A stretch of 34,357 nucleotides of DNA from Tubiluchus corallicola. Taxonomy: Eukaryota > Animalia > Priapulida. Of the stretch, positions 10,455 to 21,400 are shown one piece after another; within the stretch, counting starts at the first letter, position 1; each line of letters opens with the position of its first letter. The position numbers and the translations under genes were made by a program. The stretch is from contig JAQGDQ010001028.1 of NCBI GenBank assembly GCA_030141605.1, positions 34,878 to 69,234 on the forward strand, in the 5' to 3' direction. The notes below the pieces were generated by a model that had not been told where the DNA came from, did not search any database, and saw nothing but the letters and a program-made list of their open reading frames with translations.

Positions 10455-11901
10455 ACTCATAAATGTGAACGGTTTGAGCTCTAGTGGTAACGTGTCCGCT
10501 TACGGTCTGGGAAGTGGTAAATGTGAACGGTTTGAGCTCTAGTGGTAACGTGTCCGCTTACCGTCTGTGAAGTCGTAAATGTGAACGGTTTGAGCTCTAG
10601 CGGTAACGTGTCCGCTTACCGTCTGGGAACTCGTGAATGTGAACGGTTTGAGCTCTAGTGGTAACGTGTCCGCTTACCGTCTGTGAAGTCGTAAATGTGA
10701 ACGGTTTGAGCTCTAGCGGTAACGTGTCCGCTTACCGTCTGGGAAGTCATAAATGTGAACGGTTTGAGCTCTAGAAGTAACGTGTCCGCTTACCGTCTGT
10801 GAAGTCATAAATGTGAACGGTTTGAGCTCTAGTGGTAACGTGTCCGCTTACGGTCTGGGAAATGGTAAATGTGAACGGTTTGAGCTCTAGCGGTAACGTG
10901 TCCGCTTACCGTCTGTGAAGTCGTAAATGTGAACGGTTTGAGCTCTAGTGGTAACGTGTCCGCTTACCGTCTGGGAAGTCATAAATGTGAACGGTTTGAG
11001 CTCTAGAAGTAACGTGTCCGCTTACCGTCTGGGAAGTCATAAATGTGAACGGTTTGAGCTCTAGAAGTAACGTGCCCGCTTACCGTCTGGGAACTCATAA
11101 ATGTGAACGGTTTGAGCTCTAGTGGTAACGTGTCCGCTTACGGTCTGGGAAGTGGTAAATGTGAACGGTTTGAGCTCTAGTGTAGTGGTAACGTGTCCGC
11201 TTACCGTCTGTGAAGTCGTAAATGTGAACGAGTTGAGCTCTAGTGGTAACGTGTCCGCTTTCCGTCTGGGAAGTCATAAATGTGAACGGTTTGAGCTCTA
11301 GAAGTAACGTGCCCGCTTACCGTCTGGGAACTCGTAAATGTGAACGGTTTGAGCTCTAGTGGTAACGTGTCCGCTTTTCGTCTGGGAAGTCGTAAATGTG
11401 AACGGTTTGAGCTCTAGTGGTAACGTGTCCGCTTTCCGTCTGGGAAGTCGTAAATGTGAACGGTTTGAGCTCTAGTGGTAACGTGTCCGCTTTCCGTCTG
11501 GGAAGTCGTAAATGTGAACGGTTTGAGCTCTAGTGGTAACGTGTCCGCTTACGGTCTGGGAAGTGGTAAATGTGAACGGTTTGAGCTCTAGTGGTAACGT
11601 GTCCGCTTACCGTCTGTGAAGTCGTAAATGTGAACGGGTTGAGCTCGAGTGGTAACGTGTCCGCTTTCCGTCTGGGAAGTCATAAATGTGAACGGTTTGA
11701 GCTCTAGAAGTAACGTGCCCGCTTACCGTCTGGGAAGACGTAAATGTGAACGGTTTGAGCTCTAGTGGTAACGTGTCCGCTTTCCGTCTGGGAAGTCGTA
11801 AATGTGAACGGTTTGAGCTCTAGTGGTAACGTGTCCGCTTACCGTCTGGGAAGTCGTAAATGTGAACGGTTTGAGCTCTAGAAGTAACGTGACCGCTTAC
11901 G
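10455..11901 (+). repeat. 58-bp tandem satellite, 25 units, derived from a tRNA-like SINE head
   Basis: Unit AAATGTGAACGGTTTGAGCTCTAGTGGTAACGTGTCCGCTTACCGTCTGGGAAGTCGT starts at 10461, 10519 ... 11858. Unit 13 has a 5-nt insertion and the last unit is partial. Hand alignment to the SINE head at 6929-6980 gives 42 identities in 54 columns. Confidence 0.95.
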
Positions 11902-12260
11902 AGACTGTGAAATAAAAACTGACTCCGGTCAACGGATACGAACTTTTTTCCAGCATATCTGCTCGCCAAGATGGCAAATCAATTTTAATTTTATGCTATG
12001 TAAATATGTACATTTTACCTCTTTTATTCATTTTTTTAAATTAACTTTTGTGAATTTGTTTTTACAAGTCTGTTGCCTACAATAGTGTTCGACTGGTTGT
12101 ACATATAATATTTTCCCGTATTCTATCATTCCTATAAACGTGTATAACTTCTTCAATAAAGATTATATATATATATACTCCTGTCAATTCATTCTAGTCC
12201 AATTGCAATGTGGCAGAGCCTTAGGCTTGTTTGCCTTAGTGGCAAAGGAGCATCCCTAAA

Positions 12261-12376
12261 CAGCAGCAGCAGCAACAGCAGCAGCAACAGCAGCAGCAGC
12301 AGCAGCAACATCAGCAGCAGCAGCAACAGCAACAGGAACAGCAACATCAACAGCAGCAACAACAGCAACAGCAACA
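12261..12376 (+). repeat. (CAG/CAA)n trinucleotide microsatellite
   Basis: Imperfect CAGCAG/CAACAG run; it explains the poly-L and poly-S/N ORFs. Confidence 0.95.
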
Positions 12377-12751
12377 AAATTATTCAAACATATTCAAGCA
12401 AGCTGAATTTAAACTTACTGTTTCAAAAGGGGCAGAAAAGGCAATTTTAAAGTATGTCCCAAAAAACTTCGACACAAAATTATAACGCTTAGCATCATGC
12501 TTACCTACTTGAAAAACTTATGTAACTAGAGTTAAATTGACCGTTTAAACTTATACAACTACACAATCAGCTTACCAAAATAAGGACTTAGCCGTTTGCG
12601 GCAAACCCGTGAACAGAGTTAGAGGCTCTAGGCACCAGCTGCACTAAATGACACCGACCACTCACTTATTGCAAATTCTTAAAATAAACTAGTATATTTT
12701 AGAAAAACGTCTTATTCTCCTCGGAAAATGTACTTTCATTCAGGTAAATGG

Positions 12752-12990
12752 ACCATTTTATAACACGCCACAGGCAATTACTGAGCACAGCTTTTATATA
12801 AATACCACATAACGAACAGGTGCAAGGTATTGCACAACAAGCATTGCGCAACCTGCTTGGATATCAACATTATGCAAATACATGTAATTAATAATGACCA
12901 CGTAGAATAAGCAACCTTAAATTCACAATAGAGATGGGCAGGACAGAACTATGAGCCTAGGGCGCTGTACGGTCTTGATACGCAATGCAC
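12752..12990 (+). mobile_element. Partial copy of the MITE family also present at 32240-32623
   Basis: Shared blocks in the same order: TTTTATAACAC.CCAC.GGCA..TACTGAGCACAGCTTTTATATAA, CACATAACGAACA.GTGCAA, TAATTAATAATGA.CACGTAG, GGGCAGGACAGA...AGCCTAGGGCG. Confidence 0.8.
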
Positions 12991-13660
12991 CGAGTGACAT
13001 GTAATAATGATCTAAGTACTGAACAGTTATCTAATTCCCATATTATAGCGGCATTTACTACACATCCGGATGTATTCGTTACTGACAGAAATCAGTTTAC
13101 GTAGTTTTTAATGGTCCCACTTATGAGACTGCGTTATTTATTCTGCGGCTATTTTTATAATCTTATCAGATTGTTTATATGCTGCTGGCTACGTAATAAC
13201 ACATTCCGCGTGTCTGATAAACACCGTGTGTCTACAAACTCAGTCAATACGCTAATACAGGCATCGGACATTAAACACATACAGTTGCTGTACAACCTTT
13301 GCTTAAATTTATTAAGTAAATTTGTTCTTTAAATTTAAATACAGCTTAAATTTTTTTAACTGCCATTTTCAGAAAGCAAAAGGTGAAACTAAGTACCATT
13401 AACAATATTCGATTTTCCGGTAGACTAGTCTGGCAAATTTGTATAATTGAATTTCAAATATGCATTTCTCAAGGTGAAAAGAACTCAAGGGATATTTGAT
13501 TATTATGTAGCTTTTACCTAGCTGTATGTGTATATTTTTTGTAGGTATATTTTGTGTGTATATATACATATAAATACATACAAATACAAATATATATACA
13601 TATAAATACATTATATATATACATATATAATTATTTACGTATGCGTATATATATATATGC

Positions 13661-14333
13661 GTATGCGTTTAGAGGGTAGCGAAATAGATAAAATGGGTTT
13701 ATATTGTTTTCAATGAACCCGTTGGTGCAGCTGCGTATGCTTTACTTCGCAATCTCGTATGCGTTTAGAGAGTAGCGAAATAGATAAAATGGGTTTATAT
13801 TGTTTTCAATAAACCCGTTGGTGCAGCTGCGTATGCTTTACTTCGCAATTCCGTATGCGTTTAGAGGGTAGCGAAATAGATAAAATGGGTTTATATTGTT
13901 TTCAATAAACCCGTTGGTGCAGCTGCGTATGCTTTACTTCGCAATTCCGTATGCGTTTAGAGGGTAGCGAAATAGATAAAATGGGTTTATATTGTTTTCA
14001 ATGAACCCGTTGGTGCAGCTGCGTATGCTTTACTTCGCAATTCCGTATGCGTTTAGAGGGTAGCGAAATAGATAAAATGGGTTTATATTGTTTTCAATGA
14101 ACCCGTTGGTGCAGCTGCGTATGCTTTACTTCGCAATTCCGTATGCGTTTAGAGGGTAGCGAAATAGATTAAATGGGTTTATATTGTTTTCAATGAACCC
14201 GTTGGTGCAGCTGCGTAGGCTTTACTTCGCAATTCCGTATGCGTTTAGAGGGTAGCGAAATAGATAAAATGGGTTTATATTGTTTTCAATGAACCCGTTG
14301 GTGCAGCTGCGTATGCTTTGCTTCGCAATTCCG
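13661..14333. repeat. 96-bp tandem repeat, 7 near-identical copies
   Basis: Unit GTATGCGTTTAGAGGGTAGCGAAATAGATAAAATGGGTTTATATTGTTTTCAATGAACCCGTTGGTGCAGCTGCGTATGCTTTACTTCGCAATTCC starts at 13661, 13757, 13853, 13949, 14045, 14141 and 14237. Confidence 0.95.
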
Positions 14334-14467
14334 CAGGTGGAAACGCATACACATCTGGATGCTACGTAAACGTCAGTTAACACGACAGCAGGTTTCAACG
14401 AGCAGAAAAGATTTTTGAACTAACTTAAGTTTTTAAACATTACATAGTTTCTTGGTCTCGTCTTATT

Positions 14468-14625
14468 TCATTTATAGCTAGGCTTGTATCATTTATATCA
14501 TTGTATCATTTATATCATTTATATCATTGTATCATTTACATCATTTATAGCTAGGCTTGTATCATTTATATCATTGTATCATTTATATCATTGTATCATT
14601 TACATCATTTATAGCTAGGCTTGTA
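14468..14625. repeat. Compound minisatellite (ATCATTTAT/ATCATTGT units punctuated by AGCTAGGCTTGT)
   Basis: Three TCATTTATAGCTAGGCTTGT blocks separated by runs of 8-9-nt units. Confidence 0.85.
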
Positions 14626-15381
14626 GGCTAAGCAACATCTCAGCAGTTACACTAATATAATACCTGCGCGTTGTGTAATGTGCACGCTATAAATATTCAA
14701 ATTTCAGCTCAATCCCAGGCGCCTTGTAAGATTTTTATTAGTCTATATATAGGTTGATCTTAAGTAGGTGCTTACAGATAAGCTTTATAAATGTCGCAGG
14801 ACTTATTATTACTTAATGGACATTGTCGCATAGGTAGCTACACTCGATCACGACTTCGATTAATTTAAATGAATGAGTTTAGATGAGCAATTTTTTCACC
14901 TTTGACCATATTTAAAAGTTACTTCGCTAAGCATGCGCTTATACAGATAGACTTATTACAACCACCGCTAGAATTATTATTAGCTTATGGACAAGGGCAT
15001 TTACACTCGATCGTCAAGTCTATGATTAGTCTAAGTGAAATTTACTCAGAAAACAATCTTATATTTGTGTTGTACAAGTAGCGCGCAAATCTGCACTGAC
15101 TACGATTTACAATAATACCTCCAGGCTACTTGGTCTACGTGCAGTGTTTAACTATTTGCTAAACCACGCTCTGTAACTGGCGTTTTTTTCTTGGAATTTT
15201 CAAGATCACTTTTGGAGATTTGATTTAACAAGTGTTATCTTAAAATGTGTACAAAGACAGCAAACGCCTGCAAAGAAATGAACAGAAAAAGTTAACTGTG
15301 TGAGAATCTGTGAAGTGTAGCTTTTCGCGCGAAGTCCAATTTTATGAAATTTGCAGTCAAGACGTAACGATTTCATTGACG

Positions 15382-15441
15382 ATGCAGAATAACAACAACG
15401 TAGAAGCGTTTGAGATCACCGAGTATCAAGCAGCGCCAACG
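15382..15441 (+). CDS. ENPP1/3-like: ENPP candidate exon 1 (cytoplasmic tail)
   Basis: [20 protein letters not shown], then a weak phase-0 donor ACG|gtgaag. Compatible with the next exon but with no homology support. Confidence 0.45.
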
Positions 15442-18400
15442 GTGAAGTTTATTGTTTTTGTTAAGCTAGGTTATCACCACCCACAACTAATTAGGTTTAC
15501 GGTTTGTCAAACTACAATTTAAGCTGTCTGTGTAGTTCGTCAATCAGCAATAGGTGTCCAGGGGCCGAATTCCCTAATGTTCTTACCAACGATTTTGTTC
15601 TTAAATTTGTTCTTAAAATCGTATTTATGTTAGACTTAACGACGTGTGAATCTTTTCTTAGTGGTAGCGGGACCGTCCACTCGTTATCGATGGCAATCTT
15701 TCAAGGTGAAAGATCTTGCTACATTTGATCAGAATTTTAAAAACGCTGCTTTTGTTCAACTATACTAATCAACCGATATATTTTCATTCTGTAGCTTGTA
15801 GGTTTAAGTATTTAAAATATACAGCATCTAACTCATGTCACAAAAGAATAAAAGATCTGAAGGCATCAAATTTCCCGTACATGTAACCGTGTGCAGCGTA
15901 CACGAATTCACAAATTTTGCAACTTTTAAAAAATTAAGACATATCTAACTGCAACGTAAATTTAAATGAATTTAACTTACATAAAAATTAATCAATGTGT
16001 TACAAATGTGTTAACCATATTGCGCCAGTTAATTACCCAGATAATTACTATACGTTTTGCGTTATAAGCAACGTTTATTAAGAACTTTAAAACATAAACA
16101 TATTAAAATCATTACAAACGTATCGACTGCACGTAAAGGACGCATGCATACATTGGTTTTTACTTTTCACTTTTTATAGGTTTAACGATTTTTTCGAAAC
16201 CAGAGAATTATAGTTTCTTACTTTTGTGAAAATAATTTAATAGATCTAGATTTGTTTTTTATATTACGGTCTATAATTATATCCGCTATAAAGGGACGCT
16301 ACGGCAGGCCTTCACTTGAATGATCAAAATATAAAATGATTTTTAAACCACCGCATTAATTTCTACTTTAATTTCTTAGCTTCCCTATTAGGTATAATTA
16401 CATTCTTCCTTACAGATGAACAGTTGGCTTGTGTAAGGTACGGGGATCTATAAAAATGCGGTGTAAAAGTGCTAGGTTATCGTGATGTGTTACTAACAAC
16501 AAGGTGACGTCTGTTTTTCTAATTTCAGGGTTGGTCCCAAACCAAAACAAGTACAATACTTTTGGTGGCAATTGTGGTAAGTTCGTAAGCAATAATTCGA
16601 AGATAAGCACTTCTTAATTGGTTCCTCATCCTCATTGAGTTAGTAGCACTCTGGTAATTGACATCAAACAAAATGTCAATCATTCACAGTCAAGTTCAGT
16701 GTGCATATTTTTCACACGCCCACAGAACAGGTTCAGTACCTTGTCTTTCGGGACAAGAGGTCTAACTATGTATTGTATGTTAAATTCTTATGAAAAATGT
16801 TCAACTTTTGATAAATTTGCGGCAGCCTGGTTTTATATCTTATTACAGGTTGTCGATTGTCTGTATTGTCGATTAACATTGCAGGTGAATTGGTGGAAAT
16901 ACATAGTATAATTTCGTTTTTATAGGAAGAAATGCGCAGCGCTTACGTCTGTGAGTTACCGATTTTGCCATTAATTGCATGCACAGTTTAGTTCAATGTA
17001 TGACCTTGCAAGCTAGATAAAAATGAGTATTAACTTTAAAAAATACAAATTAATTAGGCCGATCATATGACGCTGCTTTAATGATCGCAAATGTAAAATG
17101 GCCTACTTGAACAGAGGTGACAATTCCACACTGTCTTTGTCTACATTTCTTTGGCCATTTTGCGATGTTAATTGACTGACAAATATACGTATTTACAGAC
17201 CTATAAGGCTACATATATGTATATTGTATAAGCAAAAATTATAGACAGCGTTACACAGTTTTCAAGGTGGAAACTTCTCGAAATGCAAACCAGCACTAAC
17301 TTGTAGTTGTTTGTCTTGGTGGAGGTAACAAAAATGAAGGACCGTATCTTGTAGCCAAGTCTCCCTCTTTCTAATGAACAATGTATATACTCCATCGGTG
17401 ACCTTCAAGAATGCTTTTTGTATGTGGTATTCAGTCAAGTTTTTGGGAAACAAGAACCAGGCGAAAAATATTCCAGTCCAGGAATATGCATCGATATGCA
17501 TCTTCCTTATTCCCTACCCACTTTTTCCTCAATGTTTCGTAAAAATCCACTACGTGGTTTTTGCATAGTACACACACACACACGCACGCACGCACGCATG
17601 CATACAACACACACACACACATATGTATACAGTATATATAACAGACAAAAAACAACCAAACAAATAGAGTTGAGGCATACCTTCCTTGGCAGTAAGAACA
17701 ATTAAAATAATCATTCCTCGCTGTATCTCTATCTCTAAACTCATTTTTCATGTGTGCCACTTTTTACAATTTTTCCATTTGTGTCATTGTTTCTTGTGAC
17801 ATTTTTCCTACCGCATTGTGTTATCTTACCATTACACTTTTGCCTGTGATATTTTTACCATTCACCCTTTGGTTGTTGCTTGCACATTGATAAAACCTAT
17901 AGTTACATTGTATTATTCCATCATTAGGCTTTGCAGTTTTTGAATTATTGCGTTATGGAATCCAAGTTATCTCTTATTAGTTACCGATCATGTGTAATTT
18001 ACCAACTACATTATTGACAGTAGCATGTAATCAAATAAATCTCATAACGGTTACACAAAGTCTCGAATGTGTAACACCCTAACCTGCACGTAATGTATCA
18101 TATTTTTGCGTATTAAAAGATATTAATGCTAGGTGACTTATAGGTCTGAAGTACACGTGAAAAACGCACTGTGCGTGCAAGATAAATATCTATACAAATC
18201 GATATAAATATTAGCCTTATGTGCATCAGTAATTTTTGCACAGAGTGTTAAGTGCTAGCCTATAATGATACAGCCTGAAAGGTATTTGCCAAGTACCCTC
18301 TAGTTCTCTGTAGCCACTAAGGCAATATCCGTGCACGGCTATAATCTATCCGTGTTTAATTAAAAGTGAAAACTAAAAGAACAAGCACTTTTTCTTGCAC

Positions 18401-21400
18401 GACCACTGTAATGCACAGTGCATGTAATGCATGCATGAATGTTTCTATACAATGCTCGCAGAAAGCTGACGGTTAAACTTAAGACAGTCATTGAACACAA
18501 TCCTAATTATTAATTATAGCTTTGTTTGTAAGTTGCTTAAGTGAGAACAATGAACAACCGCACACTTACGCATGCACACAGCCACAAACACTATTAGCCA
18601 CTATGATTAGGGGTCAAAGATAAAATAATCCTTATTAATGTTCTGTTGCAGGCAACACTTGCTGTTGGATTGGGAATGTTTATAGGAATTTATTGTGGAA
18701 ATTTAATTCAAGCCAAACCAATTGAATCTAAGACCACCATGTAAGTGCATGTTGATCAGTGATCGTCAATCTATTCTCTAATAATTTTACATGTACACGC
18801 TACACCGTTGTACATGCAATTATGATGTGTTCGTGTTTCATTCTCATTATCTTGCTGAGTACATAATACTTTAAATTTTACTTGAAAATGTGTTCCAGTT
18901 TTTATTGTTATTATTAGTCCACAGCTTGACTTTCTTCTGAAAATAAAGCAGCATACGAACAATATCATTGTCAATTATGCTTAGGCAGTTTTATGTTGGA
19001 ATGTTTGTTCTGCTGAAAATTCTTTATGTAAGTCTCAGTTTTGCAATCGTTCTATATAGACACTAGGGTTGCGTGTAAACGTGAACGTTTAGTTTAGTCC
19101 CTCAAAACATTTACTAATTTTTGTAAACGAAAGACGTTTTCCTTCAGCTTACTTCTGAAATGAATAACAGTAATATTTGTCACTATGTGAAGTGTAGTTG
19201 CTGCTAGCGTGCTTGTTGCTTCAAGCTACAGTGCTTTCATTGTAATTAATCACTAGGTATCTGAGCTTTCCAACCTATGCAACTTGTGGGGAATTCTTGC
19301 ATGAATTATTTCATAGGTTTCACCATTTTGTGCCATATAACAAATATTACATAGTTTAAACAAGTGAGAATATTCCAAAGCAGCGGCTGCAGCTAGATAG
19401 ATCAATGCCAGACCTAAGAGAAAAACAAAACAAGTTGAAGCACATTCCAGAAAATTATAATAGTGTTTCCTATAGGTGAGATTACTGTAACCTATAGCTA
19501 ATCAGTCCAACCAGGGTGGTCACAACTATAGCATCTATAGATGCGAGGTGACTAGAGTTCAAGCTAGGTCATATAGATAAAAGTGCATGTAATTAAAATT
19601 TCCAAGTTATTTTAATTAATTATGACAGGTGTTGAATATATTTCTTTAATCTAACCGTAAATTGTATTTCTTTCCCCCCACGCATACATTAAACTTGATC
19701 GTGCAAATGCAATCGTTTCGTTTAGCAAACTTAACAAGCATGACAGCCCTATTATATGCACATACCCAGTGCTGGCAAGTTTGTAGTGTTTACACTTGTA
19801 CGAAAAGTTAGACACCGGTACCATTTTCCTTATACCCATCAGGTACCCAGGTACCCAATTGTTAAAATTTAATGGCAGTGGAGAAATTAAGGTAATTTAT
19901 AATGGCCAATTGTAATGCTTGGTTACCAAAAATATTTATCAGAACTGTAGCAACTGTTCAATACTGCAATTGATTTAAGCACGTCTTGCTAACTTTAGTA
20001 GTAGTGCTTTCTTCAGTTATGTCATCAGCTGCTGTTTTCAAACACTTTCTTTCCTGTGTATAGACAAAAATCTACAGATCTGCACAGCAGAGTGCAATGG
20101 CAAGTTAGTAATCCTTACACACTAAGCCAGATGCAAGCAGGCATTGCATCATAGTGACCATACTTTATCTAATTTTGGCACAATCTTTTGCTCGAGATGA
20201 CTTTACTACCAGTGACGAACTTGAGAGATTTAGTTTATATGCAAATAAATAACATTTTGAGACAAACATTTAAAATTCCCAATTATTGAAGCACACAAAG
20301 AATATTTTACTCTGCTTTTTATATTTAAATACGTTAACAACATCAGCAAACCATTCCAGAATAACAGATTTACCTTTTTTCCAAATCCTATCGTTAATTC
20401 CAGAACAAGCAATCTAAAACAATTTAGGACAAATACCCACTATGGAACGAACTCTGTAATCAAACAAGCAATTCTACTTTGGAATTCTCTACCATTACAG
20501 GTTAAACAAATCAAGTCCCTATCAGCATTTAAAACAAAATTAAAATCACTAATATTAACCAGATATGAAATACCATCACACTAGTACGACAACATACACA
20601 CTAATTCAGAATTCATATATCCACGGCCATATTAATTAAATCATAGTTTTTTCATTTTTTGTGCATAGTTGTAAATATGTTTGATTTTATTCGTCGTTAC
20701 TTTCCATTACTGCACAGTAGTTTAGATTGCACTGACGCATTTGCCTTCAGCAGTGTAAGTTTTTATTAACTAACACTGGTTGATTATCTCTGTAAAGTTT
20801 TTATCAGTGATTATCAATGTATTTTAATGGCAAATAAAGATTATTATTATTATATATATATATGTGATGTTTTTTCACAGAAAAAAATAACTAGAATTTA
20901 TTAGCAGCGATTGCCACGTAAAACTGAAATTGCACAGCACCTGGCGGAAAGTGTGCAGCATTTGGCGATGCGATGCTAGAAAAATTCAGCCCTGGACTTG
21001 GCTTAAACAACGTAGATGTTTAGCATGTGGCAGCGAGTCCGACATGGCGCCAAATCATGAGTGGTTAGGGGTGAGCATCGAACGTTCGAGTTCGAACGAG
21101 TTTTTTTTAGTTCGAACTCGATTCGAATCCAAAACTATAGATTCGAATAATTCAGCACTTCAATCACATGTGTTCTTTATCACTAAAACGATTGAAACAA
21201 TATGCAATTAGCATGATTTAGCAGTGATTTCTGTGCCCATTTTTAAACAAATTACTAGTCGTTTTATTGCAGAACAAAATCTAGTGATAAGCATGGTCTT
21301 TGTAAGACTAATTTTTACTAGTGGTTCGAAAACTTGTTCGAAAATCTTTCAATCTCAATTCGAATTCGGTTTGAATTCGAAACACTGAAGTTCGGTTCGA

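Noticed and set aside
10455-11901. CRISPR-like appearance of the 58-bp array
   Set aside because: Units are contiguous and near-identical with no unique spacers, there are no cas genes, and the context is eukaryotic spliced genes.
10455-11901. Tandem tRNA gene cluster
   Set aside because: Units are only 58 nt, lack the T-arm/B-box (GTTCRA) and the 3' acceptor strand, and have a poorly paired anticodon stem.
12189-12450. Poly-Leu and poly-Ser/Asn ORFs
   Set aside because: They come from the CAG/CAA microsatellite, with no splice or homology support.
17262-17760. Cluster of short overlapping ORFs in an ENPP intron
   Set aside because: No recognisable domain or consistent splice sites; several are driven by the (CA)n repeat.
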